Source: Methanothrix sp. (lineage in GTDB: Archaea > Halobacteriota > Methanosarcinia > Methanotrichales > Methanotrichaceae). From it: a DNA stretch of 64,000 bases. The position numbers and the translations under genes were made by a program. Positions 30,246 through 38,315 of this stretch are shown one piece after another (within the stretch, counting starts at the first letter, position 1; each line of letters opens with the position of its first letter). The notes below the pieces were generated by a model. That model was not told the DNA's origin. It saw only the letters and a program-made list of their open reading frames with translations, and did no database searches. The stretch spans positions 1,072,899-1,136,898 of the forward strand of contig NZ_JADJJX010000001.1 in assembly GCF_016706325.1 (NCBI RefSeq). Reading direction: 5' to 3'.

Positions 30246-31019
30246 ATGAGGGTTGAGATGTGGATCTTTGAGTACCGGGAATTGATCAAGATTCTCACCA
30301 TCAGCGACCTTAAGGTGAAGTACCAAAGCTCAGTCCTGGGTTTTGCCTGGTCGCTCTTGAATCCCCTCCTTATGATGCTGGTCCTCTATCTGGTCTTCAG
30401 CAATGTATTCAAAGCCAACCAGGACAACTTCGCCCTTTACCTGCTGATCGGCATTGTAAGCTGGCGATTTCTGGCCATAGGAAGCTCTGCCTCCATGAAT
30501 GCCGTCGTAGGCAAACCCAGCCTGGTGACCAAGATCTACATTCCCCGCCAGGTTCTGGTGATGAGCGTAGTCCTATCCAGCCTGATAAGCTCAATTCTGG
30601 AGTTCCTGGTGCTGGTCCCCCTGCTCATAATCCTTGGCGCTGGAATCTCTCCCTATATCCTTCTCTTTCCATTCATTCATTTAATCTATTTTCTGATTGT
30701 ATATGGTCTAAGCCTGATCCTGGCCGCCCTATATGTCTATTACCGTGATCTGAATCAGATCTGGGATGTGCTGATTCAGATCGGATTCTTCCTCTCTCCC
30801 ATCGTCTATCCCCTCAGCACTGTTCCGCCGCAGTATCTGGATTATTATCTGCTCAATCCCGTCACAGCATTGATTCAGATGTACCGGGAGGTGCTGCTCT
30901 ACCATCAGTTGCCAGGGCTGCGGAATCTTGCCCTGAGCCTGGCGGTGGGGCTGCTGCTCCTCGCCGCCGGATCGGCAATCTTCAAGAGGCTGGAGCGCAG
31001 ATTTGCCGAGGAGATCTGA
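30246..31019 (+). CDS. ABC-2 type polysaccharide exporter permease (Wzm/TagG-like)
   Basis: 257 aa with six predicted TM segments. The N-terminus ...ELIKILTISDLKVKYQSSVLGFAWSLLNPLL is typical of ABC-2 permeases. Confidence 0.8.
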   Translation: MRVEMWIFEYRELIKILTISDLKVKYQSSVLGFAWSLLNPLLMMLVLYLVFSNVFKANQDNFALYLLIGIVSWRFLAIGSSASMNAVVGKPSLVTKIYIPRQVLVMSVVLSSLISSILEFLVLVPLLIILGAGISPYILLFPFIHLIYFLIVYGLSLILAALYVYYRDLNQIWDVLIQIGFFLSPIVYPLSTVPPQYLDYYLLNPVTALIQMYREVLLYHQLPGLRNLALSLAVGLLLLAAGSAIFKRLERRFAEEI

Positions 31020-31020
31020 A

Positions 31021-31845
31021 ATGGCCCTTCCCTCTACCATCATCTGCAGTGGTCTGAATAGGCTCAATCCGGCGAAGAGCTTCTCTGGGAGAGGCGCCGA
31101 TAACAATGCCATAGTGGCGGAGAGCATCTCCAAGAAGTTCAGAATACCAAAGGAGAAGAAGCTCACCATCTTCGAGCATCTGACGGGGCTATTGGGCAGA
31201 GGCGCCAACTCTTACGACGAGTTCATGGCCCTGCGGGATGTCAGCTTCACTGTCAAGCACGGCGAGACCTTTGGGGTGATCGGGCCCAATGGCTGCGGCA
31301 AGAGCACCCTCCTTAAGCTTTTGGCGGGCGTTCTCTATCCGGACAGCGGCCGGATACAGATCAATGGCAAGATCGCCCCCTTTCTGGAGCTGGGTGTGGG
31401 ATTTCAGCCGGAGCTGTCCGCCCGCGATAATGTCTATCTCTACGGGGCGATAATGGGCCTGAGCCGTAGAGAGGTTGAGCGGCGCTATGAGGAGATAATG
31501 GACTTTGCCGAGTTGAGGCGTTTTGAGAATATGAAGCTGCGCAACTTCTCCTCGGGGATGTATGTGCGGCTGGCCTTTGCCACTGCCATTCAGACCAATC
31601 CGGATGTCTTGCTGGTGGATGAGGTCCTTTCAGTGGGGGACGAGTCCTTCCAAAAGAAGTGTGAGGAGAAGATCGGCGAGATTCGCAGGGCGGGCAAGAC
31701 CATCCTCCTGGTCTCACACTCCTTGCCCATGGTTCGCTCGTTATGCAGCCGCTGCCTGCTCCTGAACCGCGGAGAGATGGTGGCCTTGGGAGAGACCGAG
31801 GAGGTCTTAGCGGAGTACGAGAGGATGAGGGCAAAGAGCAAGTGA
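31021..31845 (+). CDS. polysaccharide ABC exporter ATP-binding protein (Wzt/TagH-like)
   Basis: Walker A GPNGCGKST, signature FSSGMYVRLAFA and Walker B LLVDEVLSVGD. Confidence 0.85.
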   Translation: MALPSTIICSGLNRLNPAKSFSGRGADNNAIVAESISKKFRIPKEKKLTIFEHLTGLLGRGANSYDEFMALRDVSFTVKHGETFGVIGPNGCGKSTLLKLLAGVLYPDSGRIQINGKIAPFLELGVGFQPELSARDNVYLYGAIMGLSRREVERRYEEIMDFAELRRFENMKLRNFSSGMYVRLAFATAIQTNPDVLLVDEVLSVGDESFQKKCEEKIGEIRRAGKTILLVSHSLPMVRSLCSRCLLLNRGEMVALGETEEVLAEYERMRAKSK

Positions 31846-31897
31846 GCTCTGCTCAGTGCTGGTATTTGAGTCAAAGAGAATTTAAAATTATGTATTA

Positions 31898-31913
31898 CGA
31901 AAACCATTTATAA
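31898..31913 (+). promoter_or_regulatory. BRE/TATA-like promoter element (cgaaaaccatttataa)
   Basis: Archaeal BRE (cgaaa) plus a TATA-like tttataa. The same 14-mer, cgaaaaccatttat, recurs at 52673-52686. Confidence 0.4.
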
Positions 31914-32144
31914 TATGATAGGATAGTACTGATGCGGAGCCGATCCCCACACTCCATCTTTGCGTATTTGGCATGCAACCAGAGCAGATCTGTGATCTAC
32001 GTCCATGCGATGGCTTGTATACCATGCTAGTAGCTCATGAGGGATCGGGCTCTGTACTTCTTTTGCCAGCCTGAATTGTTGTTTTCCGGATATAATCCAA
32101 TAAGCTTATTACTAAGTATGAATCAATTTATCTTTACGATACGA

Positions 32145-32567
32145 ATGGAACAAGAATTAATGAGAATTGGCATATCATTGCCTGAGAATCTCCTTGGAAA
32201 GTTCGATGAGATTATCCAGAACCGGGGCTATTCCTCCCGCTCAGAAGGGGTCAGAGACGCCATAAGAAATTATATAGTAAACTTTGAATGGATGAGCGAC
32301 ATGGAGGGGGAGAGGGTGGGAGTGATCACCATCGTCTACGACCATTCTCAAAGGGGCCTGGAGGATGCTCTCACTGAGATCCAGCATGATTTCGGAAGCA
32401 TAATTCAGTCCAGCCTGCATATTCATTTGGACCAGGATATGTGCCTTGAGGTTGTGGTCCTGCGCGGGGAGGGGCTGGAGGTGAGAAGAGCTGCTGAGAA
32501 GATGATGGCCTTGAAGGGGGTAAAGCATGTCAAATTGACCACCACCTCCCTGGGAAAGGAGCTATAA
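32145..32567 (+). CDS. nikR: nickel-responsive transcriptional regulator NikR
   Basis: Ribbon-helix-helix N-terminus [34 protein letters not shown] plus a C-terminal metal-binding domain (IQHDF...[13 protein letters not shown]). The track ORF's upstream extension from 32037 shows no homology. Confidence 0.85.
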   Translation: MEQELMRIGISLPENLLGKFDEIIQNRGYSSRSEGVRDAIRNYIVNFEWMSDMEGERVGVITIVYDHSQRGLEDALTEIQHDFGSIIQSSLHIHLDQDMCLEVVVLRGEGLEVRRAAEKMMALKGVKHVKLTTTSLGKEL

Positions 32568-32677
32568 GCCCGGCTGGCTGGCATAGGCCGGCATATCGAT
32601 CTGTCCTGCCATCTCCCGGAGGGCCTGCCATCTCCCGGAGGGCCTGCCATCAAGTTCAACCACCATCAATTTATTAT

Positions 32678-34147
32678 ATGCATGCCCTGCTGAGAGCAGG
32701 TCTAAGTCAGAAAAAATTCATAGAGGGATCTAATATCATCGTCAGATTGCTTCTCATCCTGTTTGCCCTGACGGCAGCCAGCGGTCTGTGCGCCGAACTG
32801 GATAATGCGAACTACTGGCAGCAGAAGGGGGATGAATTAAAGGAGAACGGCTCGCTATCTGTGGCCCTGGACTGCTACAACCGCTCCATTCAACTGGATG
32901 GCACAGACCCGTCCGCCTGGATGAGGCTGGGCCTGGCCTACAGCGGCCTTAAGCGATATTCTGAGGCTTTATCCGCATACAATGAATCGATCCGCCTGAA
33001 AAGAGATCAGGCCCAGGCCTGGTATTTCAGGGGGCTGGCGCTCTCCCATCTGGGCAGATACAATGAGGCCGTCAGGGATTTCGATGAGGCCATAGCGCTT
33101 GATTCCGCTGCCGCTCTGCCCTGGTACGGCAAGGGGATGGGCCTTGCCAGTCTGGGGCGGTACAATGAATCCCTCCTGGCCCTGGATGAGGGGCTGAGCA
33201 GGGATGAGAACCTCACTGGTGCCTGGTACAGCAGGGCTTTGGTCCTGGCGGAGCTGGGCCGGGATGAGGAATCCCTCCACTCCCTGATGAAGAGCACAGA
33301 GCTGGACGGCGAGAATGAGGCGGCCTGGTTTGATCTGGGGCTGATGTACGCCAGCCAGGAAAACCACAGTGCTGCCCTTATGGCCTTCGATCGGGTCATC
33401 TATCTGAATCCGATAAACCCTCTCGCCGGCTTGATGAGGGGGCAGTCCCTCAGCGCCCTGGGCAGATACGATGAGGCCAGCGAGGCCTTTATGAAGGTCT
33501 CTGAGATCGAGCCGATGAATGATGATGCCTGGTTGGGCAGGGCGCAGTCCCTCCGCCAGGCGGGCAGATACAATGAATCACTGGCCGCCTATAACCGCAC
33601 AATCCAGATCAATCCCGGGAATGCTGCCGCCTGGAACGGCCTGGCCATATCCTATCAGCAGATCAAGAGGTATAACGAATCCCTAGCAATGTTCGATAAT
33701 GCCATCCGGATCGATCCGGATGAGATCGGATTCCAGTACAACAAGGCACTGCTGCTCAGGGAGCTGGGCAACTACAGCGAAGCGGCGGCATTACTTCATC
33801 GGACGGCAGGGCAGCATCCCGAGTGTGTCGCATGCTGGAACAGCCTGGGGATGCTCCAGGCTGAGCAGGGCCTGTACAAGGAGGCGATAGCATCCTACGA
33901 TCGGGCCATCGAGCAGGACTCCAGCTATGTCGAGCCCTGGAACAACCGGGGAATAGCCATGATCATGATGAATGAGAGCTATGTGGAGGCCCTGCGGAGC
34001 TTTGACCGGGCGCTAGAGATCGATCCGCATTGTATGGAGGCCTGGGCAAACCGGGCCAATGCCCTGCAGCTTGCCGGCAGAGGGCCGGAGGCGGAGGAGG
34101 CGCAGGAGAGGGCCAGAGCGCTGGGCTACAAGGGGACGTTCATCTGA
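32678..34147 (+). CDS. TPR-repeat protein with N-terminal signal/anchor
   Basis: About 12 consecutive 34-aa TPR units (AW...G.AL..LGRY.EA...YD.AI.LDP pattern). The N-terminus is hydrophobic. Confidence 0.85.
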   Translation: MHALLRAGLSQKKFIEGSNIIVRLLLILFALTAASGLCAELDNANYWQQKGDELKENGSLSVALDCYNRSIQLDGTDPSAWMRLGLAYSGLKRYSEALSAYNESIRLKRDQAQAWYFRGLALSHLGRYNEAVRDFDEAIALDSAAALPWYGKGMGLASLGRYNESLLALDEGLSRDENLTGAWYSRALVLAELGRDEESLHSLMKSTELDGENEAAWFDLGLMYASQENHSAALMAFDRVIYLNPINPLAGLMRGQSLSALGRYDEASEAFMKVSEIEPMNDDAWLGRAQSLRQAGRYNESLAAYNRTIQINPGNAAAWNGLAISYQQIKRYNESLAMFDNAIRIDPDEIGFQYNKALLLRELGNYSEAAALLHRTAGQHPECVACWNSLGMLQAEQGLYKEAIASYDRAIEQDSSYVEPWNNRGIAMIMMNESYVEALRSFDRALEIDPHCMEAWANRANALQLAGRGPEAEEAQERARALGYKGTFI

Positions 34148-34286
34148 TCACTTCAACCGGCATGCAGTACCCTCCTCGGAATAGGCGTGTGCTCAGGAGA
34201 TCAGTACATCCGAGGCTGGGCAAAGCCAGATCAAAAAGCGATAACTGCTATGGAGGTTATTTGATCGGGATGATGGGGTTTTATCA

Positions 34287-35111
34287 GTGAGGATTGAAAT
34301 AAAAAACCTGTCTTTCAGCTACGGCAGCACGAAGATCCTCGATGACATCAACATGCAGGTTGAGGATTCAGAGATCATAAGCCTTGTGGGGCCAAACGGC
34401 TCCGGGAAGACAACGCTTATCAAGTGCATCGACCGCATTTTAAAGGCCAAAGGCAGCATCCTTCTGGGCGGCAGGAGCATCGATAGTCTGAGCCGGCAGG
34501 ATATAGCGAGGAGCATCGGCTACGTCCCCCAGAGCAGCTCCAGTCCCCTATCCACGACGGTCTTCGATACAGTGCTCATGGGCAGAAGGCCTCATATAAG
34601 CTGGAATGTCTCGGATGCCGACCTGGACATGGTGGCAGAGGTCCTGGAGCTCCTTCATCTGGGGGATCTGGCCATGAGGGACTTTGCCAGGCTCTCAGGA
34701 GGTCAAAAGCAGAAGGTTCTCATCGCTCGCGCTCTGGCCCAGGACCCAGCAGTTCTCCTGCTGGACGAGCCGACATCCAATCTGGATATCCTGCATCAGC
34801 TAGAGGTGATGGAGATCATCCGATACCTGGTCCGTGAGAAGGAGATCTCTGCAGTGATGGCTATCCATGACCTCAACCTCGCCTCTCGCTTCTCAGATAA
34901 GCTGGCCATGCTGCTGAAAGGGAAGATCTTTGCATTCGGCCCTCCGGAAGCATTGCTCAGCTCCAGGAACATGGCTTATGTCTTTGGAGTCGAGGCCACA
35001 GTGATTGAGGTTGCAGGCAGACCCTATGTCGTGCCCATAAGATCCCTTGATGGCACAGCCATCCCGAATATGGCCACTGCAGCCGGGATAAATTCTCCCC
35101 TCCTGGCATAG
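34287..35111 (+). CDS. ABC transporter ATP-binding protein (FepC/BtuD iron-siderophore/cobalamin type)
   Basis: Walker A GPNGSGKTT, signature LSGGQKQ and Walker B LLLDEPTSNLD. No cognate permease is adjacent. Confidence 0.8.
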   Translation: MRIEIKNLSFSYGSTKILDDINMQVEDSEIISLVGPNGSGKTTLIKCIDRILKAKGSILLGGRSIDSLSRQDIARSIGYVPQSSSSPLSTTVFDTVLMGRRPHISWNVSDADLDMVAEVLELLHLGDLAMRDFARLSGGQKQKVLIARALAQDPAVLLLDEPTSNLDILHQLEVMEIIRYLVREKEISAVMAIHDLNLASRFSDKLAMLLKGKIFAFGPPEALLSSRNMAYVFGVEATVIEVAGRPYVVPIRSLDGTAIPNMATAAGINSPLLA

Positions 35112-35192
35112 CCGTCCTCCTCTTTCCCTGGAGGAAAATGCAGGCCTCTGTCTTCTCCTCAAGTTATCCTTCCTCCACCCAGCGCGATCATC

Positions 35193-35480
35193 TCATCTGC
35201 CATGAATCTTATCGCTTCCACTTGCTGGGAGATCAATTGATACCCCAGTCCCCCTCTTCCTTTGCAGATCCTTGAGCAGGCCCAGGATCTGAGCCTGAAC
35301 GGAGATGTCCAGAGCTGATGTCGGCTCGTCCCGGATCAGGACTCTGGATTCAGAAGCAGGACTCTTCCCAGGGCCACTCTCCGGTTCTGCCTCCAAGGGA
35401 TCTGCCAGGGATAGCGGCATAAGAGCTCTTCAGAGAGGCCAACCATCTCCTGGGTACGATCCCCCCATTCTGCTACAAGA
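35193..35480 (-). pseudogene. relic of an Opp/Dpp/Nik-type ABC ATPase
   Basis: Minus-strand frames read ...[36 protein letters not shown] and then, in another frame, [31 protein letters not shown]. These are a degraded signature/Walker-B region of an OppD/F-like protein, truncated at both ends. Confidence 0.65.
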
Positions 35481-35594
35481 TCTCGCCTGTTAAAATTAGA
35501 ATCAATACAATGACCGCCTGCAGCAATGACCCTCGCCAGAGGCTGATCTGATGGAAGGCTTATTTTTATAGCAGTTCCATCCTAATAACCAGTT

Positions 35595-35837
35595 ATGATC
35601 GAGATTGGATTGGTCCTGCTGACCATTGTCCTCATATTCGGAGCCTATATCATTCTAAGATCTCTGAAGAAGTTCATCATAAATGCAATCGCTGGGCTCT
35701 TCATCCTCTTTCTTGCTAATCAGTTCATAAGCGCGGATATAGGCTATAGCTGGCTGGTTATACTGGTCTGCGGAATTGGCGGCGTAGTAGGCGCAGTGCT
35801 GCTGCTGGCCCTTCGTTTCATAGGATTTGGGATATAA
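35595..35837 (+). CDS. small membrane protein, BofA-like
   Basis: 80 aa with two or three TM segments. The pattern INAIAGLFILFLAN resembles the pro-sigmaK processing inhibitor BofA family. Tentative. Confidence 0.5.
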   Translation: MIEIGLVLLTIVLIFGAYIILRSLKKFIINAIAGLFILFLANQFISADIGYSWLVILVCGIGGVVGAVLLLALRFIGFGI

Positions 35838-35864
35838 AATTTTAATTTTTTTACCTATGGGGCC

Positions 35865-37097
35865 TCAAACCAGCCCCAGGCGAGACTGCTGAGGCACATT
35901 GACATTGGCCAAGACCTTCAGCCGATAGTCCTGCAGCAGTATGCCCTTTAGCTTGCCAGAGTAGACACTGAGGGTGATCTCCTTGGTCCGGCCGTATCTG
36001 CCCTTGCTGATGACAATGGTATGAAGGATGCCCAGCATATCCAGCTCGGCGATTAGGTCTGTGATCCGGCGGTGGGTGAGAAAGTCGGTCTCAACCAGGG
36101 GACAGAGCTGCTTGTAAATATTATAGACTGCACTGGTGGTGATGTTTCTTGCACCCTGCTCCTCCAGGAGGATGATGCCATAGAGCACCAGCTTGGATTG
36201 AGTGGGCAGGGTCTTTATCACCTCCTCTACTCTATCCTGCTCGATCTTCTCCCTTGCCTGGCGCACATGGGACTCATCTACCACTGCTGATCTGGCCCTT
36301 TCAGCCAGCTCTCCAGATGTGCGTAAGAGGTCCAAAGCCCGGCGGGCATCTCCGTGCTCCTGGGCGGCAAAGGCGGCACACAGGGGTATTACGCTCTCGT
36401 GCAGAGCGCCAGGGCAGAAGGCAACCTTGGCCCTCTGCTCCAGGATCTCCCTGATCTGCTCCGCATCATAGGGAGGAAATATGATCTCATCCTCTCCCAA
36501 AGAGCTCTTGACCCTTGGATCGAGAAATTCTGTGAACTTGAGGTCATTGGATATGCCGATGAGGCTCACCCGGGAGCGGAGGAGATCTGAGTTCACCCGT
36601 GATAGATTATAGAGGACATCATCCCCTTTTCGTACCAGTTTGTCCACCTCATCGAGCATTATCACCACTACCTGCTTCTCTTCATCCAGAGCATTCCTGA
36701 ACTCGGCATAAACCTGATCTGTGGGCCAGCCGGTCATGGGGATGTCCTTGTCGAAGTGTCTTGCCAGGTGGGCGAGGACTCTGTATTGGGTGTCGACCAC
36801 CTCACAGTTGATGTAGATGACTGCACACTTTATATCTCCAAAGCTGGCCTCCTCTAGCTCTTTTCCCACATACTTGGCCACGGCTGTCTTTCCGGTGCCA
36901 GTCTTTCCATATATCAGAACATTGGAAGGAGTCTCCCCTCTCAGAGCCGGGACCAGAACCGATGCCAAATTATTGATCTGCTCCTTCCTGTGGGGCAGCT
37001 CAGTTGGTGTGTAGCTAGGACGCAGGACATCTCTGGATTGAAATATCCCCCCTTGCGCCAGTAGATCGGCAAATAGCCCTCCAGATATAGGTACCAA
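35865..37097 (-). CDS. cdc6: Orc1/Cdc6 replication initiator
   Basis: YTPTELPHRKEQI, Walker A IYGKTGTGKT, Walker B VVIMLDEVD and a C-terminal winged helix. 410 aa. Confidence 0.9.
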   Translation of the reverse strand: MVPISGGLFADLLAQGGIFQSRDVLRPSYTPTELPHRKEQINNLASVLVPALRGETPSNVLIYGKTGTGKTAVAKYVGKELEEASFGDIKCAVIYINCEVVDTQYRVLAHLARHFDKDIPMTGWPTDQVYAEFRNALDEEKQVVVIMLDEVDKLVRKGDDVLYNLSRVNSDLLRSRVSLIGISNDLKFTEFLDPRVKSSLGEDEIIFPPYDAEQIREILEQRAKVAFCPGALHESVIPLCAAFAAQEHGDARRALDLLRTSGELAERARSAVVDESHVRQAREKIEQDRVEEVIKTLPTQSKLVLYGIILLEEQGARNITTSAVYNIYKQLCPLVETDFLTHRRITDLIAELDMLGILHTIVISKGRYGRTKEITLSVYSGKLKGILLQDYRLKVLANVNVPQQSRLGLV

Positions 37098-37166
37098 GAT
37101 AATTCCCCTTGAACATTTTTCAAATCATCCTGGTTGATATTAAGAGTTATGGTTCACACCCCCCTA

Positions 37167-37179
37167 TTTCCGGTGGAGA
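37167..37179 (+). promoter_or_regulatory. ORB-like element (tttccggtggaga) preceded by a C-run
   Basis: Resembles the archaeal mini-ORB core TTCCAGTGGAAA, with 2 mismatches to the core. It lies about 70 nt upstream of the orc1 start. Confidence 0.45.
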
Positions 37180-37197
37180 TATACGCCCCTACCCCAT

Positions 37198-37214
37198 GAT
37201 TTCCAGTGGAGAAG
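37198..37214 (+). promoter_or_regulatory. ORB element (gatttccagtggagaag)
   Basis: Contains TTCCAGTGGA. It shares the extended context cccc-tgatttccagtgga-aa-gaaat with the copy at 50071-50096. Confidence 0.55.
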
Positions 37215-37744
37215 AAATAAAATTGTCAGTGGGCACCTGATAGATAATGAAATAAAATATGCCGTTTGTAACTTTCTTTTTCTGATATATAAATTTTCCT
37301 CTCCTGAGAGATTAGATGATTACATCAATTTATGTAGAGAAATACTGTTTAACAGGTATTATATGTCGTTTTATCTGAAAAAAGGATGACATAGCTTGTA
37401 GATTGTGATGCTTGATAGCGATAGCATAATTCGCGACACTGATAAAAATAATTTAAAACCAACTCGATCTTCTCACAGCCAGAATATCGTCCGGAGCAGG
37501 CTCTGCTTGGCAGGATGATGCCTTGATATAAACGGGATCACTCCAATTCAGTGGGAGCTCAAGCTTATAATGCTCCCTTATGAATTAGATCGCAGTGCCT
37601 ATAAAACCGAGCCCGCCTTTGGAAAGAGAAAATTGAGCTATCGGATATGCGGCAGCATTCCCGGTGAAAGGCAGCCTTCAGCATCGGCAGGCCTCTTCTG
37701 TCTCTTCCCTCAGAGCCTCTGCCTGGCCTTCGTCCGGGCTGATG

Positions 37745-37808
37745 GGCATTTCATCAAGGCTCAATTTCATCAAGATTCAATTTCATCAAGGCTCAATTTC
37801 GTCAAGAC
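37745..37808 (+). repeat. 16-bp tandem repeat, about 4 copies (tcaatttcatcaaggc)
   Basis: The units are ggcatttcatcaaggc / tcaatttcatcaagat / tcaatttcatcaaggc / tcaatttcgtcaagac. They are followed directly by the ORB at 37812. Confidence 0.85.
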
Positions 37809-38112
37809 CCAGTTCCAGTGGAAACCATACGGTCCCCCGGAGAGAGATCGGGTTCAATCCGGCTTGATGCAGGAGGATGCCAGGCAGAAGTTTATGATAC
37901 AGTCTCAGAGGGTGATGCTCGGGCTCTTGATAGCAGCTATTGCAAGTGGCCTCCTGCAGCAGTGCCTGTGCCTCCCTATGCATACTGGCAAGCTTTTTGC
38001 TGATGGGATGTTGTGGGCCATACTCCTGTTCTGCCACCTCTTTTATCTGCCAGATATCGGAAAGAAGCCTTCCGATCTCCTTATGAATATATCTGCGGTT
38101 CTGTTCGATCAT
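37786..38112 (-). CDS. hypothetical small protein (doubtful)
   Basis: MIEQNRRYIHKEIGRLLSDIWQIKEVAEQEYGPQ... is preceded by GGAGGTG 7 nt upstream of the ATG at 38112. The 3' end runs into the ORB and tandem repeats, so coding status is uncertain. Confidence 0.3.
   Translation of the reverse strand: MIEQNRRYIHKEIGRLLSDIWQIKEVAEQEYGPQHPISKKLASMHREAQALLQEATCNSCYQEPEHHPLRLYHKLLPGILLHQAGLNPISLRGTVWFPLELGLDEIEP
37812..37825 (+). promoter_or_regulatory. canonical mini-ORB (gttccagtggaaac)
   Basis: Exact match to my memory of the archaeal mini-ORB consensus GTTCCAGTGGAAAC. It is followed by ggtcccccgg. Confidence 0.6.
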
Positions 38113-38315
38113 CTCCAAGCACCTCCATTCTCTCAAAACATCTCTTTTATCTCGCCCTTCTCGTCAGGTCGATCGGGATGCCCTATCCAGCAGACGCAAG
38201 CCGATCAGTCCTCCATTGATCAGGCCGCCAGCCCTCGGCTCTTATGCTTCTGCCCGAGGGGAGCAGAGCGGCTCTGGCACAATTCTATATACTCTGAATG
38301 CACTCTTTTGATATG

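Larger units (their letters stand above)
37098..37830. other. predicted chromosomal replication origin (oriC)
   Basis: Non-coding stretch immediately upstream of orc1/cdc6. It has an AT-rich core (about 37240-37460) and origin recognition box (ORB)-type motifs at 37167-37179, 37198-37214 and 37812-37825. Weaker copies lie at 37224-37236 and 37545-37558. Confidence 0.6.
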
